Assembly (NCBI GenBank): GCA_023213395.1
Contig: CM041465.1
Span: 134,423,741 to 134,487,740 of the forward strand
Source of the DNA: Cycas panzhihuaensis
Taxonomy: Eukaryota; Plantae; Cycadophyta
Direction of reading: 5' to 3'
Length of the DNA stretch: 64,000 nt
The position numbers and the translations under genes were made by a program. Shown one piece after another: positions 50,449 to 64,000 of this stretch (its first letter is position 1; the number at the start of each line of letters is the position of its first letter). The notes under the pieces are model-generated. The model ran no database searches. It was not told the origin of the DNA and worked only from the letters and a program-made list of their open reading frames with translations.

Positions 50449-53400
50449 ATGCCACCTAAGAGGCCTTCAAAGGCGGAAGAGCCACAAAAGGATACTTCAC
50501 CCAAAGGGAAGGAAACAAGCATACAGAGGGCATTACGATGGTCGAAGAAGTCAAAACTGAGAACAACAAGGAGATTAAGTTCGCAGAACAACGAGACTAA
50601 GGGACAGTCCGTTGAAGAATCTGAGGCAAGTGGAGCCCAAACACCTCAAGAACAAGGAGAGGGAACTAATGGCGAACGAATGGTATTAACACCAGCCCCA
50701 ATCAAAGATGACCTGTTCAGTCCAGAATATGAAGAAAAACCAAAGGTGGATGAAGAATATAAAGACACGGTAACAAAAGAGGGAAGTATACTTGTGGAGG
50801 ACAGTCCAAAGGACCTAAATGACAACGAGAAGAAGGCAGAGGAAGGTCCCTTGGCATATTGGGAAAATAAGCTCACAAGATAGCTTTTTGAGGATTCATC
50901 AGAAAAGGGATCTGATTAATCATATATAACAGTGACACCATTAACAATACAAGTGCCAGGTGTAGTGGAACCTATACAAATTAAAACCCCATTTAAGAAT
51001 CTGTTATTTGAGAAAGATAACATTGGAGTGGGCACTCCAAGTACATCTCCAAAATAGGAGAAAAGGGAAGAATCACCACCAGGTGGGACACCATTACAAT
51101 CCCCCAAGATGGATGATTACAGAGACTTTGGAAAGCTAATTTTCAACGACACTTTGGATGCAGCCGAACACGTATACCTCTTTCAGAATCTGATTGACGT
51201 GAAAAAGATTACAGACAAGGATGAGATAAAAGCCAAATTCGCCTGTACACTGAGGGGAGTACCGTTGGCATGGTACAAAGAAGTAAACAAGAATGACTCA
51301 TGGGCGAAAATCAAGAAATCCTTCGAAGAAAGATTCCATAAATCTGTAGAGCAAGCAGTGGAAATTGCCCTAAGGGAGATCAAACAAAGGCCGGGAGAAT
51401 CAATGTTAACTTATATTAGCGGAATGAAAATCATTGCGGCCAGTATGATCAATGAAACGATAATTGACCACAATATGAAGAATTATTTTGCGAGGGGATT
51501 GAATGAAAAACTGAAAGCCATGATGCATGCCCATCGTTAAAATCATTTTAAAATGCCTAAGATTTAGCATTGGACTTTGAAATGGAGATGGATGCACAGG
51601 TAGGAGGACATGACTCCCTCCTATTAAGATTGCAAGAGGAAATCAGGGAACTCAAGCAAAACCAGTATAATCGACCCTTCTGCTGTGGGAGTAGCGTAAG
51701 AGGAATCGATCGGAAGCCCTAAGAAAGGAAGTGGCAAGGTTAAAAATAAGAAATAGCAGAGAAGAAGAAACGACAAAGAAAAAGATCATGCAGGCAGAGT
51801 AACCAAATAGTGCCATATCTGTGAAGAGAATTCACATACGACCAAAGAATGTGAACTTAATCCAAAGAATAGCACGTTGTACCAAAGGGACAAATGGTGC
51901 CACATATGCGATGTAGATACGCATATGACTAAAGATTGCTTCTATAATCCCATAGGGAAAGCCTACAGAGGACAAGGTAGGGGAAGGGGAGGCAACCAAC
52001 CTCGGAATGTTTACACAACGAGGGGTACATAGGAGCCCTAAAAAAAGAAACAACCCATGGGAAGATGTCTCATTTGTTTACAATTTGGGCACTAGAAGTC
52101 TGAATGCCCAACTAAACAAGAATCTGACGAAACCATTCGTGTCAAAGAATCATGCGGCCCAAGTGAGCATAAAACAGAGGATTGTAAAGGGAAGGCCAAA
52201 ACCACTAACCTAATGACGATTATACCAGAAAGTAAAAATGTAAAACTCCAAAATAAACAGAAGGAGAAACAAAACGGAGAATACCCGAATCCACAAACAT
52301 AAATAAATCGGTTTAAACAAGCAAAACAAGTGTTGGATGGCTTAGCTCAAGAAGAAAATGCATTACCAATGGGGAAACCAGAAACCAAATATGTATACGT
52401 ACGGAAAAATAAACAAAAAGAAAAAGAAAACATGCCAGAAGAACCAAAGGTGCAGCCTTAGATGGTGCAGGTGGAAGAATTATTCAAAGGATTACCAGCA
52501 GAGGATATTTCAAGAATGCTATTGTTGATGGAGAATTTGATAAAACAACTACAATTAACTATCCCCCTATGCCAAGTAATTGATTGTATTAAAGAAGGAA
52601 TATTACAACGCGGAATTACAAAAAGTTTAAAGAAAATAATGCCATCATTCGACATGGATCCTATGGTGATAATGATGGTACTGGGAGAAACATTCCCAAA
52701 AGTAATTGTCAACAGAGGCGCAACCGTCAACGTATTACCTACTGCAACATGGCGAAAACTAGGAAGCCCAAAGTTGGAGACAACAACATATTTGTTAAAG
52801 TTGGCCAACAAATTATTAGTGCGACCTATGGGAAGATTAGTCGACATCAAGGTGGATGTGGCAAGAATTATCGTAAAGATTGACTTTACCATCGTAGAAA
52901 CAGAAAAATGAGCAATACCCTATCCAACATTATTGGGAAGACCTTGGCTATATAAGGCCCAATGCCTCCAAAATTGGAAGAATGTGGCTTTCACCTTGTC
53001 AGATAATAGGAATAAAGTGATATTACTAATGTTGGGAAGGAGCTTCATTGAGATGATACCAGACGAGGGATACAGTACGACTATCGTAAGTGAAACAACA
53101 GCCTCTTCCCTCGATGAAGAGAATCTCTATCATACTGCTGAAGAACCCACCAAATTGATCGACTACCAAGAAGCAGAACCGGCGTACTTTGGAGAAATTT
53201 ACAACTCTTCAAATGATGAAAACCGGATGAGATTTGTGGATTATTGGCTACAAGATGCATATAAAGTGAACCCCTCATCCTATAGGTGTAACCTACTTTC
53301 TTGGAATGTAACTAAGGACGTTAATATTAAATCTAAATTTGTTGATTATACGAGTGTTAATAATAACATAAAAAAGCTAGACCCAAGCCCAAATCCCCTT

Positions 53401-54082
53401 TTTAACTCAAACCCTTATCCTAATTCACCTCCTAATACCCCAACCCCCTCTAACCCTAACCTTCCCTCTACCTCTGGTGTGGGTCTTGAGGTAGACTGCC
53501 CTTCCCCACCCCCATCCCGAGGAAGGAAGTAACAAACCTTCCTCATCTTCTTTAGAGGTACATCTACCCAGCGGAAGATCTTTTTCAACCATCGGCGCCA
53601 AATTTAAGGAAGAAGAAAAGGAACTTATTGAGAGTATCCCTAAAGATTCCAGTCTAGGAAACAAAATTGCCACTCTAGAAGATAGAAATCATGGAGAATA
53701 CGTTGGAGATTATGTAAAACCCTTTTATGAAGAACCATTATGTGGAATTTCCCATTTGAGACATTGTAGAGAATATTGGTTAGGAGAAGATCAATTAAGG
53801 GATCATAAGAAGAAATCAACAAAGCATACCACACCAAGGAAAAGGCGAAAAAAGACAAGGCATGACTGCCATGACAAGACATCGTATTTCAAGAAGGATG
53901 ATCGAGTATGGCAATTTGACAACAAATCCCAAACAACCCAAGGAGAATTGAAGATGCATTGGAAAGGCCCATGTATGATTGAGAAGGTGTACAAAAATGG
54001 CACTATCCAGTTGAAAAAACTATTAGGCCAGCTACTACATGAAATGGTCAAGGGTAGTAAACTGAAACCCTATATCAACTAG
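50449..54082 (+). pseudogene. Element B gag-PR fused to the integrase C-terminal tail
   Basis: MPPKRPS...; gag (FACTLRGVPLAWY); zinc knuckles; PR with a mutated active site (IVNRGA); then directly LKMHWKGP...GSKLKPY. Confidence 0.9.
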
Positions 54083-54360
54083 GGTGTAGCAACTTACCAG
54101 CCGAATCAGCTAGTTGTACTATATTACGTTGCATGAAGTTGAGGCAAATCGAATTGCCTTAATACCGAAATGTGATCCACTCCGGTATGGAAACAAAACT
54201 AAAAAAAAAAGTTAAAAACTAAGAAAAACAACTGTAACTTATACTATATACATAAGCAATATGAAGAATAATTGAAAACAAGGATATTATGACTAAAAGA
54301 ATCAAGATAAGAAAGAATTCTATCAAAAAAACTCTGAATTTTTCATACATACCGGCAAAA

Positions 54361-54708
54361 TACACTATACGTACTAGGAAAAGTACGTTACCAGGTATGT
54401 ACTATGTAAAATATATTATACATACCAGAAAAGAACGTTATCTGGTACGCACTGTGTAAAATAAGACAAAATACACTTTGCGTGCAAAAAAATCTTCTAT
54501 CCGACACGCACTATGTAAAATAGGCTAAAATATAGTATGTATACTAAAAAAGTATGCTACGAGGTATGCATAGTTAAAAATGGATAAGTTAAATAGTTTA
54601 TATTATGCGTACCGCAAAAAGTATGCCATCAAAGTACGCATAGAACAAAGAACCAAATAAGACAAAAGTATATATTACGTACCTGTAAACATTCCCGCAT
54701 GGTACGCA
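54361..54708. repeat. Array of ~6 palindromic units (element B)
   Basis: Same TACACTATRCGTACC-AAAAGTA-GGTACGCA architecture and position as 27923-28476. Confidence 0.82.
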
Positions 54709-54918
54709 ACCAGAGATCGATCACAACTTCGTCCGGATTCTCAACAACAAGTAACCGAGCACAACCTTGCGATCCAGGGAGACAGAAGGACGTAATTTGA
54801 CCTCAATTTAGCAAGTATACAATCAAGCAATAGTAACCATACTAGAAAAGGTATGCACGTAGGGTTCGTACCCATTCTCCAAGAAATTTCAGTTTCTTTT
54901 TGGAACTCCATAACCAGC

Positions 54919-56004
54919 ATGAGAACAACAAGGTGCCAGGAGACTTTTATACCCAGGTTGAAGAAGGGCCTCGAAGCATTACCCCCTCCATTTCAGGCAA
55001 AAATCAGGCAAGTTACCTGGGGAGAGTACATATACTGTAACCCTATGTACTATGACCCAGAAATCATGGATAGTATCTTGACAGAATTGAAGAAGGATAT
55101 GAACAAGATTAAGTTGAATGCAGAAATAGTACATCTGATAACAGGACTTCCCAATGAAGGGGAAGTACCTGCAGTGACTAAACGCTCCGAAGTGGACCTC
55201 GGGTTATGGCTGAAAGAGTTTTGCCAAGAGCACACCCAACTGACTTCAGGTGGAATCCATGTACCAGATATCAAAGACATCCGGTTATAGTGGATAGCCA
55301 AAGTTATTAGTTCTAGGTTTTTGTCAAAAAGGAAATGCACCTACATTCTAGGGGGAATGATGCCAATATTGTTGAAGATTCGTGATGGAGAGAAGATGGA
55401 TTGGTCTGAATTTCTGGAAGAAGACGTGCGGTAGCAAATTCAGGAGATAATGACCCATCCTCTTCACCACCCTTCACTATTGCTAGCTATCCTATTTTAC
55501 CAGTGTCCAAATGTACAGTTGGTGAAGACAACCACTTCTTCAAAGGAACCCCTAATTAAAAAATGGGTGACTGAGTTTTAAGATACAACAACAAATCTAG
55601 AAGTTAAAAGGAAAGTACAAAAGCATATGAGTAAAGTACTTAAATGGTTGCAGCAAACCCTTGGGACACCAATTTCTCACCGGGTTAAGCAAACCATACG
55701 AAAAAATAGTAAAAGAAAGAAGAATGATGAAGAATCAGCAGAGGCAGAGGATGTGGAAGTTCCCTTAGAAGAATGGGAAGATTTTCCACTAGAAATGGAA
55801 GCAGGGGAGACGTCCGCACCACCCCTGACAGAGAATAAATCCAGTCAGGTCATACAGCTAATTATGGACATGGAAGAAGGGTATAAGGCAGAAATAACAG
55901 CCCTTTAGGAAAAAATTAAGGAAAAAGATGTCATAATTACTACACTAACCCAAATCAATGAGGAAATTTTGTCTACAAGACAATAGCAGTAGGAGCAGCC
56001 TTGA
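54919..56004 (+). pseudogene. Element B extra 3' ORF (361 codons), plant-mobile-domain-like or env-position protein
   Basis: MRTTRCQE... runs to TGA at 56002-56004 in one frame. Same length as the element A copy; internal stops are TAG. Confidence 0.85.
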
Positions 56005-56089
56005 GATGGGGAGGGGGAGGAATACCCCAAATTTTAAAAAATTTTGTTGAGCAAGGATGCTCAAACCCTTCATGTTGACCGGAGATAGA

Positions 56090-56923
56090 TGTTGGAGCAT
56101 AATGTGACACGTTGGGCTATGGGCAACCAGAGAGGAGCCAACTTTCCTTAGACTGTGCAGATATGGACCGTACAGAAGTACGCATGTAGCGAAAAATAGA
56201 GAATCCAGCATTCTGGGTACATATGACAGGTGTGTATCTAGTAAGGTACGTAACACAGATATGTACCTTCGGGTAGAACGCAAGCGAACAGGATCGGTAC
56301 GCATGGAAAGACTGGATGTAAGGGAGTTCTGGAGTGACGCCGAGACGCATTTCTGGACGAGTTAAGACAATGATTAAGGAATCTAACCAATGGTTAGGAA
56401 GAGGTACGCATGATGGAAAAGGTATGGTTATGACAGACAGTCATAACCCTTCAGTGAAAAGACATCAGGGAGCATATTTATGTGACTTCCTAAGGGCCAT
56501 TCGGTTAGGGTGAGAGCCAAGTATACTAGTACACATTGGTACAGAGACCAGTACGCATGGAAGCAGCCTAAAGCCGTGTATTTTGATGGGTCCCTCCTGG
56601 GTACGCATGTGACAGAGTTAGTGTATAAGGTTAGAATGCACAGGGAATGCATTCCAGCACCTTATGTAAAAGAAATATTGCTTAATAAAATAAGAAGTTA
56701 CGTGGAAAATTGTGTATTCTCTATGTTTATGAGGATGGAATGCTGAATATGTGCTGATTTATGTGCTACTGTGTACTGTTGTGATATAATTATGTGGAAA
56801 CATTAAATAATCTGTGGAATGTATGTGGATAATCATGTTGACTGTATCCTAACTAGACTATAGCCTGTGTAACCTTGACAAGTGTACCTTTCCCATAAGT
56901 GCAGTGGGAAATCTAAGTCAACA
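56090..56923 (+). repeat. Element B 3' LTR
   Basis: TGTTGGAGC...GTCAACA followed by CCTAT. Confidence 0.95.
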
Positions 56924-57612
56924 CCTATTAACAACTTCAATTTGTTTATTTGTTTGTGGATGGTAAGTGCTGCTATATTGCAACTTCGTTCTTAGCTTCT
57001 TCCATAAAGTTCCATAACAATGACTTGGAAACCTAGTATTATAGTTAGATGTTGTGGTTCTAAGCAAGCCATGTAATCGAACAATCTCTCAAAAGTATAA
57101 ATTTGCTACTTTACATGCATGACTAGTGTATGTACAAACAACAAAATATGCTATTTTTGGAGATCTATTTATAACTACAAGGATGGAAACATTACTACAT
57201 TGTATATGACAACCCCAAAATGAAGTCCAGAGAAATTTCAGTCCATGGTTCTTTTGGTATAGAAAACAACTTGTACAAGCCCACGTTATGGCTCTATCCC
57301 TTTGACTGTTGATAAACTCCATGTTACTCCATGATCTTATTTACCTATTTTTGCACCCATAGCCAAAACTAATGTTCCTTTACAAATGCTAGAGTTTTTT
57401 CTCTCTAAAAATATTCTTATAATTCTCTACTATGAAGTTCTTGAATGAGAATTTCCCTCATAGAACTATTTGGTATGCATAATTGCTTTTCCTTAAATAA
57501 GTATCCTTCTTATATGCAATACTCAGATAATTCATTATTATGGCTCATAGTGGTTTGCTTGATTTATTCTATGATTAGTCTAAATCCCTTGTCTTTCTTA
57601 TACAACTTTAAT
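56924..57612 (-). mobile_element. Chromovirus-type Gypsy relic, integrase part
   Basis: Minus strand reads SSTYHPQT..Q.EVVNR and ILVVINRSPKIAYF. It is continuous with 49498 across the TSD. Confidence 0.8.
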
Positions 57613-60600
57613 TGTTAGAATATAATGTCTAATCCTTTTGTATATTAATGACACATCATTATGCTATGTATCAGTTACAAAGTAGTTACAAAGGGATATA
57701 AACCCTATATATATATATATATATACTCTCAATAAGATTATCAAGGATTCTTCATCTACCATTGTAGCATCAATCCTTCATGGTATTAGAGCAAGGTTAG
57801 ATCTAGATCTTGTCTGGAGAAGCATTTCTGTACGATTGTACGAATAGCTCTATCCACCGGTACAGTCCCAAAACAAAATTCTTAGAATTTGATGAAATTT
57901 CACCTAGAGGGCCGCCTCGACCTGCTCTTCACTTCTATCCAAATGACCGAACTCAAATTTCGTTGTTTTGATGCCCTAAAGACTGCTTGAAGTTGTACGA
58001 CCACCATTAGAGTTTTTTGCTTGTTTCTCACTGTACAGACATTTATACTAGGAAAACCTAGTATCAATAGAAAGCCCTCGGCATAAGCTTTCCATTGATA
58101 TATGACTCAAAGGCCTTCTCCTTCATATTCAGAAGAAATCAACAAAATCGTAAAAAAAATCCTAGCTGCCCATTGGAGTTTCGTATGGCGTTTTCTCCTC
58201 ATTGAGAGGTCCATTCAAAAAAATAGTTGCAGATCGAAAATCTACACATCAAGGTCATCCTTTTAACACATCATTTAGAGCATTTCAAGAAAGTTAATTT
58301 TTTGACTCATTTATTGCACTTGTATAGTTGTCAGTAGCAGTTTTTAATCTTAGAAAAGCACTCAAAAAAACTTCTTTGCTACATTTTTTAATTTTTGACT
58401 ACGTATTTTAGTCTCTTTCATTTCTTTATATATATATATATATATATATATTAAAGGGAGATATATTTGTTGCACTTACCTTCTTCTTTTCCCACGGGTA
58501 GATAACTCTACTTGACAGCTACTCGTTTCTAGCCTTAGAGACCCTATTCTAGGGGTTTATAAAAATTGGATTGGATTTGTCATTCTTGGCTAAGCACGTT
58601 GGGAGCTTGTAACCATCGTGTAAAGTGAAGGGAACCGAAAGGACCCAATACACAGGCCTCAGATAGAACTCGTTCATGGATTTGAGTCTCCACGTACTGA
58701 AAGGTATATAGGAGGACCCTATAGGACCTTGAGCCCAACCTAGATTAAGGAGCATGACCGACTACTGAAGTCTTGTAATGTAGTGGTTAGCGGTTAGCGC
58801 CATAAAGCTACCTGTCTTGAATCTCCATTGGAGGTTTATCGACAGGCCTACGAGTCCATGTAATCCCGTGTCTAAACTTGATAGAACTACTCACCTTGTC
58901 ATGGCTTCCTCTCTTCGACTTTTCGAGTATGAAAAATTCATCGGTGATAACTATGAATCATGGAAGACCAAGATGAGATCCATACTAGTGGCTCAAGGTG
59001 TATGGGACCAGACGAAGAGCATCAAACCTAAGCCTGTAGACACTGTTGAAAAGAAGATGCACGTGGAACAAAAAGGTATTGCACTTGCCTCCATAACTTT
59101 GTCAGTTGCAGACTCCATCTTACCTCACATAGCTGGCGCTACCACTCCTCATGAAGCCTAGACCACATTGAAGACCTTGTATGCCTAGAAAAACACAGCT
59201 CGCATCTTGGCATTCAAAAGCCAAATGGCTACCTTAAGGATGTATGAATCAGAAGACTTCACCCCCTTTCTTGAACGATTCAAGCTACTTCATGAAAACC
59301 TGATGTCAATTGGAGTGAGTTATTCAGATGGTGACCTCATTGATCTTATTATACACAAACTTCCTACCTGATTCCAAAACTTTGTTACATCTTACAAGTT
59401 GACAGCAGAAATTACACAGGCATCGTTCACTACTGTATGTAGCCAATTTCTACATCATGAGCAGACTGAAACCAATCAAGAAAACAAATTGGAAAATGCA
59501 TTTTCATATAAAGTGAGTATACGAGGCAGGGGAACCACCAACAGAGGAATTTTTCGTGGATTAGACCGAGGGAGAAGACGACCCCCAAATTATACTCCTA
59601 GTAGAGGGTGATCTTCTCCTCGCACTCACCTCATCTAATACTCGGGAGGATGACTTGGTCACGAAATCATCTGCTATTATTATAGAAACACTGGTCACTA
59701 CACCACCGATTGTCATCGCCGCAAAGCTAACATAGAAAAGGGGGATCATAGCTTCAGGTAGCTACTCAGGACAACCTAACAGAAAGGAGCCAATTGAAGA
59801 AGAAGAAGAGACCGCGTTTGTAACGGCTCTTTCCTCAAGAGTAAAGAACAAAAATCATGATGATTGGTTTATAAACTCTGGATCTTCTAGATACATCATC
59901 CACAAGTGAGCTTGGTTCAGCAGCATAAGCCCTTTTCAAAATTGTAGCTCAGTCAAACTTGGAGATGACACCACCCATCCAATACAAGGATATGGAATAG
60001 TGCCTATTACCTTGCCAGATGGGAACATTGAAAAAGTTAGTTGTGTGCTCTATGTACCAGGGATGATAAAAAACATGTTATCTGTATCTCAGTTGATAGA
60101 TAACAAACTCCAGATCCTATTTGATGGTGATGGATGTGTTATTTTTAATAAATACAGAGAGAACAAAGTAATTGGTGAGGGTATTAAAACTAATGGATTG
60201 TACAAATTCCTTGCCACACCAGTTCACACTGCCCTTCATGTAACTAAAAATGTTGATAATGGAAAACTTTGGCATTTGTGCTATGGTCATTTGTCTTATG
60301 ATGTTTTATCCTTATTAAGCAAACATGATATGGTGCATGGTCTTCCATGGATTAAAAAATCCAGCTTTATTTGTAACACATGTATGATGGGAAAACAATA
60401 TAAACTGTAATTCTCTGTTAGCACTATAGAGCACATTGTAAATTGCAACTAATTCACAGTGATCTCTGCTGTCCATTCATTCCCTCATCCTTGCAAGGGG
60501 CACACTACTATTTGACCTTCATAGATGATTTCACCAGAAAGATCTAGATCTATTTTCTTAAATTGAAATCTAATGTATTTGACACATTTCTTAAGTCCAA

Positions 60601-62770
60601 AGCCAAAGTTGAAAAAGAAAGTGAATGCATCATCAAATACTTAAGGACTGATAATGGTAGAAAATTCACATCTAATGAATTCACACAATATTGCAAGAAA
60701 ATGGTATATAAAGACAATTTACTACTCCATGCACTCCACAATCCAATGGAGTGGCTAAGAGAAAAAATAGGATCATAACGGAGATGACTCGTTCCTTGTT
60801 AAAACAAAAAGGTGCAAGTAACAAATATTGAGTTGAAGCAGCAAATACAATTGTATACCTTCTCAATAGAAGTCCAACTAAAGCTCTGGAGAACATAACC
60901 CTTGAAGAAGTATGGTCAGGTTAGAAACTGGATATCTCACACCTCTAAGTCTTTGGATCAACTGTCTACATGCACATTCCTGCCAACAAGATATAGAAAT
61001 TAGATGATAAAAGTAGAAGATGCATTCTTCTAGGATACAATGAAGTATCCAAAGTATATCAATGCTTAGATCCTCTAACCAACAAGATCTATCCCAATAG
61101 GGATGTGCACTTTGATGAATCAACTTATGAAGACTAGGTTGATGGGAAAATTGTACCTACTTAATCAGTTGACATCATCATACCAAGTTGGACTCAGTCT
61201 CACTCTGAGATAGATCAAGGTGAACAACAAGGAACAAAAAATGTACCACCACCAGTTGTGACTACATGTGTCTCTGATGAAGGATCCCACTCATCTAAAC
61301 AAAATGAGGCTGCCAATGACTCAATTTAACTGCAAAATCTCACAAAAACGTGTCAAAATGGTACATAAAAATAATGGAGGAATCCAAAGTAAATCCATAT
61401 CTCATTCAAGATGGGAAAAGAACCAGAAGTCAAATGCATCATGGGCTCGTTGTTCAATACGATATATCATATCAGTAAGCCCAAAATGATCCTTGTTAAA
61501 AAGAAGCAATGAATGAAGAAATGGAATTAATCTACAGTAATAAGACCTAAGAACTTACTCCTCCTCCTCAAGGAAAACCCATCATTGGATGTAGATGGTT
61601 GTATAAAATCAAAGGAAAATCTGATGGATCAATTGAGAAGTACAAGGCTAGACTTATTGCAAAAGGCTATTCTCAAACTCAAGGAATAAATTATAATAAA
61701 ACGTTTGCTCATGTCAGTAAAATGACAACCATTAGGACAATAATTTCCTTAATTGCACAAAATAATTAGCTAATATATCAAATGGATGTCAAAGGAGCCT
61801 TTCTCAATGGAGATCTTCATGAGGAAGTATACATAGAACAACCACCAAGATACATCACACAAGGACAGGAACACCTTGTCTGTAAACTTAACAAGGCTCT
61901 TTATAGACTAAAACAAGTTCCTAGGGCTTGGTATGCAAAGATGGACTCCTACCTGTAAAGTCTTGGAATGAAGCGATTAGAAGCTGACTCTGGCCTTTAT
62001 GTTCACACTGACAAGAATGACAAAAGTCACCATTCTTGTATTGTATGTAGATGATCTAATACTCACTAGTAGTAACGCTAACTGGATCAACTCTTTGTGA
62101 CTTCAATTGTCCAAAACCTTTAAAATGATAGATCTAGAAGAAATCCACTACTACCTAGGAATATAAATTCATAAGCTAAAGGGTGGAATCTTCATACATC
62201 AAAGTAAGTATATAACACACATATTAGAAGACTTTGGTATGATAGACTGTAAACTATCTCTCACTAAACTATTATATAAACATAGTGAAGAGTTTAAGCT
62301 TCTTGCATATACAGACTTAACTTTTACTAGAGATAAATACATTAATAGATCCACATTTAGGTACATGATATTTCTTGGCATAGCACTAATTTCTTGGAAA
62401 TCAAAATGGCAAAAGATTATAGTAGACTCAATTACAAAAGTTGAATATATTACTACATCTAAGACTAGCAAAGAGGTGATATGGCCCCAAAAACTGTTAC
62501 ATATTTTGGATATTACCTAGATGAGTCCTATCATCTTGCATGTGGATAATCAATCTGTAATACACATGGCAAAGTTTTACATGATCATACTAAGCATATT
62601 AGGATGAAAGTCTACAGGATTAGAGAACTTATTCATGATAGCATAATTTAATTAGAACATTACCTCACAGCAAACCAAATTATTGATATCTTCACTAAAC
62701 TATTGTAAAGGGTGAAGTTTGAATAGTTCAAGTAGCAGCTAGGCTTCAGAGCCTCCATCTCCAGTTGACT
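57613..62770 (+). mobile_element. Ty1/Copia LTR retrotransposon #2, 3' LTR missing
   Basis: Short 5' LTR ~57613-57780 (TGTTAG...CTTCA); PBS TGGTATTAGAGC at 57781-57792; gag from 58901; INT (RTDNG); RT with an internal deletion near 62270; RNase H. Confidence 0.88.
58901..62760 (+). pseudogene. Copia #2 gag-pol remnant
   Basis: NYESWKTKMRSIL, LYVPGMIKNMLSVSQL, LWHLCYGHL, YKARLIAKGYSQ, ISWKSKWQ. End coordinate approximate. Confidence 0.88.
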
Positions 62771-62799
62771 TCAAGAGATGACATAGGTATAACATGCTG

Positions 62800-64000
62800 A
62801 TGCAACACATTGGTAAGTCTTTACTTTATCCTATTCGTGAAAACCCCTTGTGGGCACAAAAGGATAAGGTTTGTAAAAGTTACACTTCTTCAAATTTACA
62901 ATCAATCTTTCTCTTCTAAGAATATAAAAAATAATTACAAATATTTCAAGTGCTCTTCCCTTGTCTTGATAAAAACTAGAATACCATCAAAATATACAAT
63001 TATAAACTTATCTAAAAAGGTCCTTAAGATTGAATTCATAGGCTTTATAAAAGTACTTGGTGCATTAGATAACCCAAAAAGCATTACTTTGTATCCATAT
63101 AATCAATATCTTGTCTTAAAATTTATTTTTCATTTGTCACCTTCTTGAATCTAAATCTAGTGGCATCTGCTTCTCAAATCAATCTTTGAAAAACAAGCTA
63201 ACCTTGTAAGCACATCCATTATATCATCCATTCGAGGCAATGAGAATTAGTATTGAATAATGATCTTATTAATAGCTCTTGAATCCATACACAACCTCTA
63301 TGTTCCATCATTTTTAGGAGTAGGTAAAGCAAGTGAAGCATAAGAGCTAAAGCTTTCTTGTACTAACCTCTTCTCGATCAACTACTACACTTGTTTATTT
63401 ACTTTCTCATAAGCAAGTCTATTAAACAAACTAGAACTAGGAATCAAATCTATATGATGCATAATCTCTCTCTTTCTCTTGGGGTAATCATGTTGGTAAT
63501 TCCTGTAGTGCAACATTTTGATATTCCTTTAAGAGTTTCTTCATCACATTGGGTACTAGTCCACATGCTCCATCTTCAATTTTCTTTATTACTAAGGTAT
63601 AATAAGCTCTTATAATCTAAACATTTTTTGTAAATTACTTTTCTAAAAGAACTACTAGCTATCTTTTGCCTTCTCCTATAAGAAAAAACTTAAAACTTTT
63701 GTCTTCTTGAGATATCATGTAACTATTCCTTTGGCCATCGTGCATAAATCTCTTATCAAACTACCATGACCTTCCCAATAACATTCCTATGCATCCATGC
63801 ATATTACATCACACCAAATTTTTTCTCTATAATTACCAATCTTGAATGCTACTAAGTATTTCTCTTTGACCATGACTTTATTCCACTTCTTAAAACATGA
63901 AATTTTATAGGGCATCTCATGCTTTTGACAAGGTAGCTTTAGCTTTTGTACCATATTTAGAGATACCATATTTTCATGACTTTCTTCATCAATAATGACT
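62800..64000 (-). mobile_element. Chromovirus-type (CRM-like) Gypsy relic, PR-RT part; continues beyond the window
   Basis: Minus strand reads VQKLKL...H..PY...IGNYREKIWCDV..MDA (protease region) and VMLFGLSNAPSTF (RT). Confidence 0.8.

Larger units (their letters stand above)
49499..56923 (+). mobile_element. Gypsy element B: non-autonomous relative of A (gag-PR kept; RT, RH and INT core absent; extra ORF kept)
   Basis: LTRs 49499-50309 and 56090-56923 (TGTTGG...GTCAACA); TSD TCTAT/CCTAT with one mismatch; PBS TGGTTCCGTTGCC at 50311-50323; gag and PR colinear with A. Confidence 0.95.

Overview
Eukaryotic, transposon-dense land-plant DNA (AT-rich, CpG-depleted, many C>T/G>A-derived stop codons). 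There is one apparently intact host gene, a five-exon clade-E-type PP2C phosphatase (37469-42571, +), behind a CpG-rich promoter. The rest is nested retroelements: two decayed L1 LINEs with C-terminal RNase H; a ~2.1-kb short-LTR element split by a full-length Copia; two old minus-strand Gypsy relics; a 3'-truncated Copia; a microsatellite-embedded foldback MITE; and two related non-chromovirus Gypsy elements. Element A (20009-30650) is full-length. Element B (49499-56923) lacks RT, RNase H and the integrase core. The most notable signal is a cassette shared by A and B between pol and the 3' LTR: a conserved ~100-nt structured block, an array of palindromic units each with three phased GTAC sites, and a 361-codon extra ORF resembling the plant mobile domain. 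The LTRs are also GTAC-rich, the PBS matches tRNA-Glu, and element A has two extra capsid-like modules between protease and RT. All calls were read by hand; no searches were run.
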